64,000 nt of DNA from contig NC_045696.1 of NCBI RefSeq assembly GCF_009834535.1, positions 82,214,001 through 82,278,000 of the forward strand. The letters run 5' to 3'. Within the stretch, counting starts at the first letter, position 1. Each line of letters starts with the position of its first letter. Shown in pieces: positions 1 through 14,240 of this stretch. The notes under the pieces were generated by a model that was not told the origin of the DNA, did not search any database, and saw only the letters and a program-made list of their open reading frames with translations. The stretch comes from Camelus ferus (Eukaryota). Both the position numbers and the translations under genes were made by a program.

Positions 1-710
1 TAAGCCAACAGGGTGATGGGGTGGTGGGGGGTGTGTGAAATACATTAGAAATGCAGTTTAAAAAAATATGTGCACAGCCTAAAAGCATTCAGTTTTTTTC
101 AAAATGGCACCCAGTGATGTTCAAGTAAACTATTACCTTTCCTGGGGAGATTAACTTCACACAGCTGCACAGTGACATCTTGGGACTAGTAGCAGATAAG
201 TCAAAGACCTGTGTTGGCTTATGTGAAAAGAGATTCACTTTCCAGAGTACAGGCCGGACAAGTACAGTAAATTGACTAGAACCCTCTGTAAAACAGACCT
301 TTCATATATTTGTAATAAAATAACAATATATATAGTATATATTTACCATAATGAGGAAAAACGTTTGCTTGCTGTATATTCTTAGTATTAATGGCCAGAG
401 TAAAATATTTCATAAATTTAAAATAGCAAATATGTATTTTTACATATTCTATTTTATGAAAAATTTTGGCATCCTGACATATTATATAAGATAACTGTTT
501 AGTAAATAGATTTTAAACTTTTACTGCAGAAAATTTCAAACATATGCAAAAGAACAGTGAAGCACAGAGTGAACCTCATGCACTCACATACTCACAACTC
601 AGCTTCAACAAGTATCAACTCGTGGCCTAACTTGTTTCATCATATTCCCACTGACTTACCTACACCCTCCTCTCTCCATGGAGTTTTGAAGCAAATTTAT
701 GTCATGATAT

Positions 711-1195
711 TGTTGGGAGAGATGCTCTTCTTTGGGCCTCTTTTATTCCTACAGATCTTGCTGGGCGGATGGCAAGGGCCTGACTGTGCTTTTATCATTT
801 CTCAGGGTTGATTATGTACCCAGTAACCTTAAGAAATGAGGGAACATCTCATCCCCACCCCTCCACACTCCACTCCCACCCCTGGACAAAGAGCAGGTCT
901 TTGCTCTTACTGCTTGCTATAAAAATAGGGGGTTCCCCATATTCAGTGTTCCACAGCTGTGACACAACCCGCTGCATGTGCTGGCTTCCTCTAGGCCCAT
1001 CTGTGTAACCCCAGTGGCACTGGCAAGCAAAGGGAACCAACACAAAATGCTGATGTTTGTGTTGATTATTGCATCATGATTAATAAAGTCCTTTGTCTCT
1101 GACTCAAGAGATGAGATTCTCCCAAGCTCCATAAAATAATAAGTGGATAATTTATTAGATTGTAGGTAAGGCAAAATCAAATCCCAGATCCAATA
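711..1195 (+). mobile_element. Solo ERV1-type LTR inserted in an old L1
   Basis: tgttgggag start, TATA (gctataaaa ~976), aataaagtcctttgtctctgac polyA region, cccagatccaata end. Confidence 0.75.
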
Positions 1196-3044
1196 TATAT
1201 TATTTTTGTCTGTATATATTTCAGTATAGACTTCTAAGAGACATGAAATTTTAAAAAACTTAGGTAAGTTCTAGAGACCCGCTGCACAGCATCGTACCTT
1301 AACAATATTACATTGCGCACTTAGAATTTTGTTAAGAGGAAAGATTTCATGTTAAATGTTCTTACCACTAATAAAAAGTCACTATTATCACATCTAAAAA
1401 ACAGAGAGTAATTCTTTAATAGCATTGAATATCCCCAATTGTGTTCAAATTTCTCCAATTCTTTTTTACAGAGTATTCAATATGCATCCAATTAATTGTA
1501 CTGGGTGATATGGATCTTTAAAATTTTTTATTGTGGGAGAATATGTATATACATATATATAACATAAACTTTGTGATTTTAACCATTTTTAAGTGTGCAA
1601 TTTAGTGGCATTAATTATATTCATAATGCATTGCCACCATCAACGTCTGTTTCTAAAGCTTTTACATCTGGGTGATTTGAATCTTTAGTATCTTTTAATC
1701 TATTGGCTTTCCTTTTCCCTTTCTTTGTTTTTCATTGCAATTTATTTGTTGGAGAAAATCAGGTCATTTCTACTATCTGGTTTCCCACAGTTTGGATTTT
1801 GCTATTTTTTTAATTGTTTCATGCGCTTCCATAAGGAGGAATGTCTGGTTGTTTCTCTTTTTGTGCTGTTAACAGTCATTTATGATCATTGTTTAGATCC
1901 TTTAGTTTTTAGGGGTGCAAAATGGTGATGTTTGAATTCTATTATTGCTTTTTAATAGCTGTAATACTTTGCTAGAGGAACAGCTGCATAGTACTCCACC
2001 GTGTGGATGTTTACTCAGTCTGTCTAAACAGAATGTCTCATAAATCAGAAAACCCTATTTAGCAAATACATTCTTATTGTGATTGGTTTTCAAACATAAG
2101 AATTTTTTTGTTTTTACTGCTGTTCGTTTTACTCTCACAAAGGATGCAGAGTGTGCTCAAGACTAAAGTTGCATTTGCAGAAAAGTGGAAAACTATTTCT
2201 ATATGATAATGTGAGCAAAATTTTCACCTTTCAAGATAATTTTTATTAGTAAAGGGAGTCATTTTTTAAAAGGTACCCTAGAGTTGTGAATCTGGGAAAA
2301 AACAATCTTAGTATGGATAAGCAATTTCAATATCCTTTTCTTCCAAAGAAGAGTTCTGAGGGCTGGGGAGTGCCTCCTTTATGTATTTTTGTTTTGTTTT
2401 GCTTTGTTTAATTAATGCATTGTTCTAAAGTTAAGCACAGTTTTGCTTTTTGTTTTTGTTTTTTTTTTTTTTGTGATAGTACATGCTGGGATGGCATATC
2501 AGAACCCTTTCTTTAGAGCCACACTGAGACACATCTGTTCAAGTGAATCTGTTACCAATTCAATTGACTCCTTTAGCAGGGATAAGAAATTCAAAAGCCT
2601 TTGTATGGATTGAACCACATGATCTCTTTGCCACTAAAAGTATCAATTAGGCTTTCTTTTTATCCCCCAGCATAACATCTGTAACTCACATTTGGCACCT
2701 TGTGAAACGTCTATACGCTGGGAATTATAGCAGGTGAAAGGTCATGTGACAAAACAATTCTTAAACTTTTGAAATCTGAAGGGATCATTTCTCCCCAAGC
2801 CTCTCTCTCCTACTCCCTCCCTCCTTTCCCTTTCTCTTTCTTTCCTTCTCTCCCCTCAAAGGGACCATTTGATAGTATAATTTTATGTCAGAAAAACTCT
2901 GTTGTTTTCATATTAAAAATGAAAGAAAGCAAACATCAATGAAATTAGCATGGCTTGTGAGGAAATGACTTCAAAAGTCCACTTTTCAGATCAAAAAGTG
3001 AATGTGGGAAGCATGCTATATGTTTATCCATGCAATTTTTTGTT

Positions 3045-3545
3045 TTAGGTATCTATTGCTAAGAGACAAATTATCCCATTAGTGGCTAGAAATAGTACAT
3101 ACTTATTATCTCAGTTTCTGTGGGTCAGGAATCCAGGAGAGGCTTGGCTGAGGGCCTCGGACTCAGGGTGGCCCCCGGAGGCTGCCATCAAGCTATGATC
3201 AGGAGCTGGAGGGTCATCTCGGGCTTGACTTGGGGAGGAGCCACCTTCCAGTTCCCTCATGTGGCTTTTGGCAGCCTCAGTAGATCCATTTCCAAGTTCA
3301 ATTATGTGGGCCTCTCCACAGGGCTGCCTGGAGACATAGAAACTGGCTTCCTCCAGAGCGTAATCCAAAGACAGAGAGAGCACTCAAGACAGAAACCACA
3401 GAAGTGACATCCCATCTTGTCTTCCATACCATCCATTAGAAAGGAGTCCTCAGTCCAGCCCATCCCGAAGGGGAGATTTCACAGGATATGAATACCAGGA
3501 AGCAGGGGCGTCACTGGTGGCCATCTTAGAGGCTGCTTACTACAG
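3045..3545. mobile_element. MaLR (MLT1-type) LTR
   Basis: ttattatctcagtttctgtgggtcaggaatccagg...ggccatcttagaggctgcttactaca. Confidence 0.75.
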
Positions 3546-4539
3546 TTTATTATAAATGTAAATTTTAAAAATAGAAAATACATTCTCATAGTTAAAAGTT
3601 AAAAATGTACCAGAGGGTATATAGGAAGAAGTCTCCCTCACACCCCTGTCGCCCAGTCCCTTCGTTGAGCAAACTCTTATCAGTTTCCTGTGGATCCTTT
3701 CCGAGGCGTTCTGTTAAATGTGAAGTTCAAACAGGGTACGAGCAGAAAGCAGTCACCGTCTCCCCTCCATCCTGCCAGTTCAAACCTGACTGTGGAGATA
3801 CTCTGCCCCTGCCCCAGGGAGAGGAAGGTTACTGTGCCTTTTCACCTTCCTCTCAGATAAGAAGTCCTCCAGTTGTTTTTAGTCACAACATGGTTTCGTA
3901 TCAGAAGGAGAATGCTGAGTAACAATCAAACCTGTGAACTTTAAGGTTTTTAAAGCTTCTGTCCCCTCCTAGCATGGGCCTCCTTCAGGCTGGAAGCCTG
4001 CAATGAGAAAAGTGGGGGCCTTGGGGCCATCTCCTCTGCTTCTCTGTTTTGTCCTTCTCCACCTTCTCCTCTGCCTCCTTCCAGCTCCGCTGGGTTGCCT
4101 TTGTCTCTCCCTTGGTTGAGAGATGGGAACGGAGTGAGGAGAAGCAAGGAGCTCTTTTTTTCCAGTCTTGGCTTCTGCACAGATTTCCTCATGGAAACAT
4201 CCAACTGTAGCTTTCTTGATGTTTGCAAATGCTCCTCTTCATTTAGCATTTGCTTCCAAGGATACGTCTCCAGCCACTTTGCACTGAGGTCACTTCAGGA
4301 AACCTGGGCAAAGCTGCCTCTAGGACAGCTCAGGAGGGCAGGCTTTCTCTCCCTCTCAGCCTCCCTCTGGTCTTAGGAAACCCTCACACACCCTTCAGAA
4401 TATCCTAGACTTTTTGGAAAACTGATTAAGACTGTTCTTGCTCTTCAGGGGGTTTTAATTTCTCATACTATCTTGCTCAGTTCCTTTAGGAATAATCATA
4501 TCCTGGGAACAAGGAATGTCCAATGTATCATTCCAGGAA

Positions 4540-4650
4540 TTAAGATCCAAAAGTGGGGACTATATCTGCTGGTTGATTGAATGCCTGTTTTGTGTGGGTA
4601 GGAAGTGAAAGGCTTTTCTTATAGAACATACTTTCCATATGCTGAGATAC
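4540..4650 (-). CDS. SAMD7: SAMD7 last coding exon; stop TAA at 4542-4540 as assembled (ancestral-frame stop at 4457-4455)
   Basis: VSQHMESMFYKKSLSLPTHTKQAFNQPADI then VPTFGS*; the shifted frame continues SPLLDLNSWNDTLDIPCSQDMIIPKGTEQDSMRN*, matching the recalled human tail ending SMRN. Confidence 0.88.
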   Translation of the reverse strand, partial: VSQHMESMFYKKSLSLPTHTKQAFNQPADIVPTFGS

Positions 4651-6284
4651 CTTTGAAGACAAAATAATTACAGTAATAACATCTATGAATTCTTCCAATA
4701 ACCCAGCATACTCTGCTTAGCCACAGATTTCGGGGAGGCTGAGGTCACTTCAGGTAAGGAGCATCTGCACAGGTGGAGGGGACACAATTCTAGGACGTGG
4801 TGGGCTTTTTCTTTCTCTCAGAATCATAGTGCTCATGCTGTAAAACTGGACACCAAGGTGGCAGAACTCACTAATCCCTGTTCTTGGTTCTGCTGTGGGT
4901 CATCTGCACACATAATTGTTTCACTCTGAGTTGACTCCAGTGCTCCCTTTTCCAATGGTCCCACAAGAGGTCCCACAGGTACCCTGCTGCACCTTGACCA
5001 ACACTCAGCCTGTTCTTCTCTGGCTGAGGCTGGAATTCTTTAGATTCAGCACACAGCTGGCCTTCAGCAGGCTTAGCGCTGAGACATAAACAAGGCTCTG
5101 GGGCTTGGCGCCTCAGTGCTGCCTGGGCTCCCACACAAACCTGACCCTAAGTGTGACCCAGGAGGCTTCTATATTGCTCACACCATCACAGCTCAAACCC
5201 CCCTAGCTCCCTGCACTCTAATAGTATCTGAGTTCTCACATTCTAGTAACTTTTTCTTCTCCTACCTCTTTCCTTGTCTGCTCAGCCCAGGTCCACTTCT
5301 AAGTTTCTGTTCTGGAGGGTGGCTTTCCTTCTTCTCAGCAGTTCTCACTATAACGGAATTTTGCCCCTGGTTCTCATTTTGGAGACTGAGACTTTGCGAT
5401 CTTATCCATGATGAACTTCTGCCTGCTCACCTTCTAGGATTTTCAGATGTTACTCAGAACTTTCCAGTTCTCCTGCTTCAACTGGGCCCCTGGAAATCCC
5501 CATTCCCAAGGACTCTACAACTGTTCTGTTAGGCTGAACAGCCGGCATCAGCTGGAATTCTCCCCCTTCCCCCCGAGTTTCTGTGGCAGCCTTGTCCTGT
5601 TATGCGGGCAGATGGGGCCTGAGATATAACAGCTCAGCTGGGCTTCATGGAGGCACGTATACATGTCAGATAGGAGCGTAAGAAATGACTACAGCCTCAT
5701 GAAAATGATATAGAGGGGCAATGCTAACAGCAAGTGAGAAGATTAAGAATGACCTGGGGTTGCCCACATTGTAAGGACAAAAAACCAAAAAAACAAATAA
5801 ACAAAAAAACAAAAAGTGAAAGCAACGTGATAAATTAAAGTCAAAGAAAATCTGATTTGAGAAAAAACCGTGCAGTGTTAAAGTAAGCATGCCAAGAGAT
5901 GTAGTATCCTCATTAAAGAAAAATAAATCATCTTAAGGTGAGTATCATATTGTTCCAATGTTAATTTCTTAGTTTTGACAAATGTGCCATGTTATGTAAG
6001 ACTGTTAACATTAGGAAAAGCTGGGTCTCTGTACTACCTTTGCAACTTTTCTGTATTTAAAGTTATTCCAGAATAGTAAGTTGAAAAAAAGAAAACACAA
6101 TGAAATATTTGCATTAGAAATAAAGAATTTCTTTATCCTAAAAATTTACACAAATGAAAGTGGTTTTTGAAGGACATTCTGGAATCTAGCTCCTGGTCTA
6201 AACTTGTATAGAACAGGTAGAGTCCTTATGAATTCTGGGAAGGATTAGTTGATGCTTCCTGGTTTCACTTTTAGGAAACTCATT

Positions 6285-6980
6285 TCTTCAACAAATAATT
6301 ATTGATCTGTTATGGGTCTTGCATTTTCTAAGGTTACATCAGTCAACAAAACAGATAAAGATCTCTGCCCTCATGGAGCTTCCATTCTAGTGAGGGCAGA
6401 GGGAAATTAACAATAAATATAAATATACCAAGTGAGTAAATCAGATTGTAGCTGAAGGTGATAGGTGCTACAGGGAAAAAGAAGAGCAGCAAAGGGGTAG
6501 CAGCAGTATGTGTGGGGGCTGCGCTGGGTGCAGTTTTAAGCAGGGTGAACCAGGCAAACCTCACTGAGATGGTAAAGCACAGCAAAGGGGAAGGAGATGC
6601 GGGAGCAAAGCATGAGGATGTCGGGGGAAGAGCATCGCAGGCAGAGGGGATGACGCTGAGGTAGAGCAGGCCTAGATGTTTAAGCGGTGTCCAGAGGTGA
6701 ATGGGCAAAAACGGGGAAGAGACGCAGAAGATGAGGTCAGGAAGGCAAGGGTGGTGGTGGGTGGGGAGGAGCGCAAATAATGCAAGCAGAATGTAGCAGA
6801 AGAGTGACTTGATCCTTCTTAAGTATTAGAAGGATCATTCTTTACTGTTGTGTAAATAGGCTCTGGGTGGGCAAGGGCAGAGCAGGGAGAAGAGTTAGAA
6901 GGCTAATGCAGTAATCCGATGAGGGATGAAGGTGCCTTAGGCCAGAACGAAGCAGTGGAGGAGGAGATGAGAAGTGTGCG
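6285..6980. mobile_element. LINE-2 fragment
   Basis: tcaacaaataattattga...ctgccctcatggagcttccattctag...gcagtaatccga.gagggatga L2 text. Confidence 0.7.
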
Positions 6981-7645
6981 CTGGAGCTGGGTCGTTCCGG
7001 CTCTTGAGAGCCAATGGTTACGTTTTTAGGAAATTTGCAAGCTAGTTGTTAAAAATGCTATTATTAAAATTTAAATTTTATAAAATTACAATTAGATACA
7101 TTATATTGAAAACTAAAGTAATAAAAGCCCCAAACTTATCACTTCTTAATTGTTTTTACCTAATTACTCAACTGCAATGATTAATTACGATCTCTGCCTT
7201 TGAGGTTGTTCACACCTGTGCCATCCACATGGTGAAAACACTCTAAAATGCTGTGCTGCAGAGCATGTCCCCCCAAATCTGTATTCAAGGACATGGCATT
7301 TGGAGTTTGTCAGCCATGGTGGGAGTATTTACACTACAGAAATTGACAAATGCTAGGAAATCAGGGTTCATTTTTGTTTTTAAAGAGAGCAGGTTGTTAA
7401 ACATTGACCAGCACACAACACCTCTGCTTTGTGCCTTCCCCACTTTCCACAGGAAGGTGCACCAGTGCCCTGTTCAATGTCTTCAGGTGCCCTCACTTCT
7501 CTCTTGTGCCCGCCCACAGAGGGGAAAAGCTTAATAAAGAGGTTCAATAGGTATTGTTACTATTACAACAAGATAAAAGTAACATATTTCTCTTAAGCTT
7601 CATACCATTAATATATATTTAGTTACAGAAAAAAAATCACCTTAC

Positions 7646-7756
7646 CTGTGATTGGATCTTTAGTGCTGGCCCTAACTTTAATCCCATAGTGCTTCGAAGA
7701 TGCTCCTCTGTGAGTAATGGCAAAGTTTCTCCATCAATTGCATGATCTTTAAATAC
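7646..7756 (-). CDS. SAMD7: SAMD7 coding exon 6 (111 nt), C-terminal half of SAM domain
   Basis: VFKDHAIDGETLPLLTEEHLRSTMGLKLGPALKIQSQ with the IDGE.L.LL...MGLKLGPALKI SAM signature; taag acceptor, gtaagg donor, phase 0-0. Confidence 0.97.
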
Positions 7757-8399
7757 CTTATTAAACACAAAAGATGTCAACTTTGTTTAAATGTATAGAT
7801 ATTTTAGCTTTGGAGGAAACATTAAGATTGCTCTTGAGGATAACAGAAATTCATAAAATATCTTATGTTCAGTTACCCTCCCTTCTGTGCTCCAGTGGCA
7901 TGTTGTTTGTGCTCTTTAATAACCCTTGGAGTACACTGTAATTCTCTGTATCTAGAACTCATTTCCGACCTGGAGTCATCATCATTGTTTGAGGACAGGC
8001 CCATGTCTTACTCACCAATGTACCAGTAACGCTGTGTCTGGCACATAATAGAAGATATGCTCCTGGACCAGTCAATGAATGGACAAGAGTCTGAGTAAAG
8101 GGATGTGCGTAAAAACCACTGCAGACGAATTTCAGACTCTCATTTTTACAGACGCAGTGCCTCTGTTCACTGCCTTAGGTGAGTGCCAAAGGGAGGAGAG
8201 GAAGACGCAGGTGAGAGCTGTCATGCTGGACCTTCCATGGGGCCTGTTTGTTCTGACTTTGCAGTGGATACCACCATGCCTTCCATTCTTCCAGATACTA
8301 GGGAGGCTGCTGGGGGACAAAGGTTCCAGGCAGATGAGGAGATGGATAGAAAAAACTGGGACAATTAGCAGTATCATAAGGTCATGATCTCCAATTTCA

Positions 8400-9970
8400 A
8401 CCTGCCTGGCAATCCTGTATATACCAATGAGCTTTCTTTTCTATTTCAAGCTTTCTTTACACTCCTCAAACTTTAGACCCTACAGAATTCTCCCTCATTT
8501 TCAGCAAATCATAGAACTTCTTAATTCAAAAAAATCCGTAGATAAGAACTTGCTCTAATTCTGCCCAACAAACCCAAAAGCTCTGTCCTAATACAGTGGA
8601 AGCATGGTCCCACACTGTTTAAAGACAATCTCTCCACCTGGGCCGTGTGTCTTCACCCTTCCCACCTGCAGGCTTCACTCAATAGATTATCCTCTCTCTC
8701 ATCTTCAGTCCCTCCTCTTTGGCTGGCTCTTTCCCATTGGCATTTAAGCAAGTCTCTGCCACCATTAAACAAGCAAAAATAATGAAAATACACCAACGCT
8801 TCCTCATTCCACCTCTCAATACTCTCCCAGGTCTCTCATTTCCTTTACAGCCCAGTTTCCCAGGAGTTCTCATGCTCCCTGCTTCCATGTTCTTACTTTG
8901 CTCAGTCTCAAGGAGTCTGACTTCCACTCTCATCAGTCCATTACACCTGCTCTCCTCTAGGCCCCTGGTGACTGTTGCTACTAAACACATGGATATTTTT
9001 GAGTCCTCATATTTCTTATGCTCTGGGCTGCATCTGACATTGTTGACTACTCCTTCAAGAAAAATGCTCTTCCCTTGCCTTCATGAGACTTCTCCCTTCT
9101 CCCTCCGGGGTACCCTCTGCTGTCTCCTTCAGAGTCACCTCTGTGGCTCCTGTTTCTTTGTCCATCTTTACGTGTTAAGAGTCCCTTAGGCTTCTGACCC
9201 AGGTCCTCTCTGGCCTTACTGATTCATCTCAGTCTCTGTCCTGGTTTTAGTGAGTAGTGAGTGTCTTTCTATACTGAAGGCTCCCGAATGTATATTTTAA
9301 ACTTAGAAGCTGAATCGTGCCAATTCTGCTTCTTAGATAGCATTCTTATCTGTCCACCCCACTGCTCCTACCCTGGATCAAACTCCATACTTGCTCATCT
9401 GAGGAGGCTTCCCCAGTCTTGCCTCCCTTAACCTATTTTCATAAAAGCAACTTGAGCAACCTGTCTGAAATGAAAAGTTAAGCATGCCACTCCTGCTTAA
9501 AACCTAGACTGTCTCCGGGATAAAGTCACAATCCTTCACTGGGTCTTTAAGGCTCTTTGTGATCTGGACACTTCTCATTCTTTAGTCCCCTTTCTTGCCA
9601 TCCTCACCTCTCCCACCTTAGCCCTGGCCCTCTGGCTGCTAAGAACTGCTCTCAAATCCCATCCATGTTAAGTTCTATTTGGCTTCTGGTTCTTGCCTGG
9701 AAATTCCTCCTTTGCCTTCCTCCCACCTAAGTTCCCCCACTCAGCTGGTAAACTGCTCACTGTCAGGACTCATGTTTGATGCCTCTTCCTCCAGGAAGCC
9801 ATGAGGCCCTCCTGTGTGTTCCTACCATGCCCTGTACCTGCCCTCTTATAGCCTGGTCACACGTAAGTGGAATCCCTTACTGGTGTCCCTCTTCTGGACC
9901 ATAAGCTCCATGAGAGGAACCATATTTGTTCTGTTTCTACAGCATGTTCCGTGCCTTGGAACATGTAGTA
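8400..9970. mobile_element. LINE-2 fragment (opposite orientation)
   Basis: Pyrimidine-rich L2 text (catgccactcctgcttaaaacc, tcctccaggaagcc, aagctccatgagag). Confidence 0.6.
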
Positions 9971-11934
9971 TTGGGTGTGTTGTATTGGGACAAGCAGAAA
10001 ATTAGAATCTTCTTGGGGAACTTCTGTACCAGGATTTGTGTTCTAACAGAGTTTAGTTACTTACAAACTATATTTATTAAGTTATTATTTCTTTTCAAAT
10101 TTTAACTAAACAAATTGTAGAATGGCTAAAATGAGTAACAATTTGGGCCAAAGCAAAGAAGTTGACAGTTTGGGTTAGTCTGTGTAGCTTTAATTTGGGG
10201 AAATGGATGATATTTCTTAGGTTATTTTGTAATAGTGTGAACAACTTAAGCATTCCTCTTACCTCCTTTGAGAACTCCATGGGGCCCAGGTACTCCTGAC
10301 TGAAAATCATATGGCCAAATACCTTCAATGTAGAGTAATTATAAAGGTAAGAGCTAGACTCGTAGTCACACACACATTTTTGAAGTACCCTTCTAGACAC
10401 CTTGAAGCTCAGTTTTACTCAGCTGCAAAATGGAGTTAATAGCTTCTTTGCAGAAGTATGACATAGATTAAATCTGAAAGATAATCTAAATGATGTGCCT
10501 AGTATAATGCCTGGTATATAGTCTGTTCTCAATTAATAGTAGGCACTATTATGATCTTTTATAAAGGAGAGAACCAATGTAGAAAAGGTGAAGTGAGCTG
10601 TCCAAGAAGCACAGGTAGGTTGGCAGCCAGGGCTGAAATGCATGAGGGCTTAACTTTCAAACACGGTGGATGAACCCTGGGCCTGAGGCAAAGATGCAGA
10701 ACATGCCTCTGTCTCTCAGATGATGTCCCCAACTGCATGCTCATGAGAGCAGTCTGGGCCAAGTGCATGATATAATTGTGCAAATATTTTAGTAATTTCA
10801 GTTATTTTTAGAGAGAATATTTTATCTGCTGACTTATTTGAACTAGACAGGATTTTGAACAAACAAAATGTGTTACCAGGTATCCTGAATGTCCCTAAAC
10901 AGCTGAACTACCTACCCTCTCTTCCCATCTATTTAAAAGATTTCATTTGCAAGGGGCTTTGGGTTTTAGTTGCGGTTATTTTTTCCTGTGGTTACTTTTT
11001 CTACCTGCAGAAAGCAGGTGGTTGGAGGTTGTTGCACCTAAGGCAGAGGTGAAGACAGAGAGGGGCCAGTGGGTGTGGCCCTGAGTGATCCCAGGGGCTG
11101 AGAATAAAAGCAGATGGCATGTTGTGGACAAGGGTTCCTGTGAGAGTTGTGCACAAGCAGTGCTGCTTCAGAGCCTGTTGCACCCAGACAGCTCCTGGCT
11201 GCATCTGAGGAGGTCCTTCCTATTTCTGTACAGAACACCGTCACTGAGCACAGCCAAGTCATGCCCAGCAGACCAGTGGCATTCTTACTGTTGATGTCAC
11301 CAGCAGTCGCTGGGAGGGAACAGACGTTAGAGTGTAAACAAGGGCAGGACTTGATCCCAAACACATTTGAGAAACGCCTAGAAATAACTGTACCACTTCT
11401 TGGGGTGGGAAGGAAGTAATGACATCCTGGTGGTGAGAGATAATGAGTCAGCAAAGTTTGGAGTATTCATGTTTATGGGGTTTCTATGTATCTACAAGGG
11501 GATGTTTGGGATTATAAAGTATAAAATGCATGTAACGTTATTTATTACAAGAGTGGTTATTATAAATTGCATTTTTCTGACTGTGGGTCACTGACTAAGG
11601 ATAGTGAGTTCAAACAAATTCAGTCCATCAGAAGTCAGCAATCAAATGTTCGTTACGGATAGGGATGCTTGTTTCTGGCTATCAGAGTTTGGTAACTTCA
11701 CTGTACCAGTGGCTGATGTGGTACATGATAAGTGGCATAGATAAATTTAAAAAGTGACTTTCTCAGGGTTAATGTCTAATAAAAAAAATAAGATTATACT
11801 CATTGAATACGAAAAAATAGGAAAAAATTTTTTATCAGGTATACAAAAACATAAAATAAGTGACTTAAACAATACAACTAGCCTCATAAGTAACTTAAGG
11901 TTCTGCTTTCTCTAGAAGCCTCTGATATAATGAT

Positions 11935-12150
11935 GAAAATAACATTTATTGAGTACTTACAAGGTGCCAGGCATTAACATTTACAACAATTCTTTGAGAA
12001 TATATTATATTATTATCCCCATTTTACAGATGAAAACACTGAGGCACTGAGGAGAGAGGCAACTTGTCCTAGGTCACATGCCTAGAAAGTAGAAAAGCCA
12101 GGATTTGAACTTGTATTTTCTGGCTTTGTAAGCTATACTTTAAGTCTCAT
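11935..12150. mobile_element. MIR SINE (further copies ~38195-38410, ~47100-47270, ~60955-61150)
   Basis: attatccccattttacagatgaaaacactgaggcac MIR core. Confidence 0.8.
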
Positions 12151-13131
12151 GCTCTACCGACTGAACTAGCCAGGCACCTATAAGCCATACTTTAAATTAC
12201 TAGTCTATATGACTTTTCCATTGGTTCCATAAAAAGAATGGGAAAAAAAAAGATTAAAAAAAAATTAACAGCATTACACTGAAGGAAAATGCTATTACAA
12301 AATGAGATTAAAAAGATTATCTCTAACATTAGCAAATTATGATGTAGTTCAATCATAATGTCCTTTTCTTGCTTTTCCTTTAATCTGTAAACCAAAGATA
12401 ATGATACCAAATTTAGTAGTCACATTGTTGCTTAGAATTGTATTATTAAATCACTTGAAAAAGTAAACTATTTGCATGAAAATGTAGCATTGTCATAAGC
12501 TTCAAAAACTTGCCAACCCACCATTTTTATCTCTAATTTTCCCATATAAGTGAGACTAGTTTTACTTTCCAACTATCTTAACATTTCATTATAATTTTAG
12601 AAATAGTGTTTCTTTACCAGATTGAATTATGTGTGTAGGCATTTTTATATACTGCCCCAGCATAAAAATGGAATTTAAAAAGAGTTAATTTCCTACTTTT
12701 CAGATGTATTTTCCTTGTCCTTTTTAGAAAAAAGTATGTATTTCTGTTATGTATGATGAGTAGCCCAAAAACTTCTGACACAGAAACGCATGCCCCTAAA
12801 ACGTTTGTTAAATGGACAAGTAGAGAATACAGCAGACCTCTCTCATTCTTCTTGGATGTTTGGCCTCTGAACCTAATTTTGTGAGAATTCCCATATCTCG
12901 GGAGTCTTGATGGGGCGGGAACTACAGGCAGACCTTGGCTTTCCCCGCCTCCCCTGCAGCTGGGGTGTGGGCACACGACCAATCAGAGGCTCCCGTTTCA
13001 GGGGAGCCAATGACATAAAAAGGAAAAGATTATTAGGAACCCTCTCTGGGGTCAAAATCAAGTTTGACAGAACTCATTATGAAGAACATATATTTCAAAA
13101 TGCCTAACTTTAAGAAAATACTTAAAGTCAC

Positions 13132-13253
13132 CTGAGCATAGTCTGAGCAACCTGGAAGGCCACTGATGAAGTTGTATACATCATTCACGGTCCATTTCTG
13201 AATATCTTCATCCAAAGATAGATCTTCCTTGATTGTAAGCAGCACATGTGTTC
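13132..13253 (-). CDS. SAMD7: SAMD7 coding exon 5 (122 nt), N-terminal half of SAM domain
   Basis: (G)THVLLTIKEDLSLDEDIQKWTVNDVYNFISGLPGCSDYAQ; WTV.DV..FI..LPGC is the Polyhomeotic-type SAM start; AG/GT boundaries, phase 1 to 0. Confidence 0.96.
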
Positions 13254-14240
13254 CTTCAAAATGGAAAGGAGACTATTTTGTGGTATAAAATTTCCAGGGG
13301 AAAGGGGAACTCTGTGAGCACAGTTTTATGTGTACTTACATTACTTCCCCATATCCCATTGCCACAGAGCCGTCCCTTTACGCAGATCTGTATGTAACCC
13401 CCTTGAAAGATACTGAGTTACTGAGAGATGATTGCTAAAAACGCTTAGCTGCCTCCTTTCTTTTATTCCTTGAAAGGACCTTTAATGACAGCATTATTGT
13501 AAATAAAAGCCAAGGGTCCAGAACTCCTCCAGCTTTTCTCAGATTCCAGTATAAATACCTGGTGGCTTTCATTCCCCAGATTAATACTACCATATTCTAT
13601 GGTGATATATGATTTACTATGTTCTCTAGGCCACACAAGAATTTAGCTACATCTTCGTCAAAATGGCAAATTTATACTTTGTCAGAGAAGCAGCTGGCAT
13701 GGTGGTTAGATAACATATACCCCCAAATCCCTGTGTTTTAAAATATTTTTATCTAAAGCAGTTCTGAAAAACTATTCAGCATGTTTTTGGAGGGACAGTA
13801 TGCTAATACTTTCAGGTAAGAAGGTATCATAACAATAATGGGCACTGAAAGTGCTTCGGTTTGGTTGTCTATTTTTCCACACTTAAAATGGGAGATAGAA
13901 TTCATACTTCTAAGCAAGAAGCCCCTCTATTTCATGTTAAAGAGATTACATTAAATTAAAAAATTAAAATTTTAATTAAAAATTCCTTCCTCATATTTAC
14001 CTTCCCAGCCTCTGCCAAAAATTCTCTATATAGCAATATATAAACTGAGGTGAACTTCACTGTTAAGGCTGATTGGACCTAATGCAATGAAGTGACTTCA
14101 AGAAGTGGTAATTCTAAACAGGATTAAGAAAAAGAAGGATAAAAAGAAGTGGCTGCAGTTTGCTATGTAATAACTTCATGGACTCAATGACCTGCAGTTC
14201 ATGAGGATCGGCTATTGGCTACTGGCCCCTGGACACCTAC

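Noticed and set aside
8679..9189. Overlapping 103-aa and 156-aa ORFs
   Set aside because: Lie within decayed LINE-2 in a SAMD7 intron; no recognisable protein features
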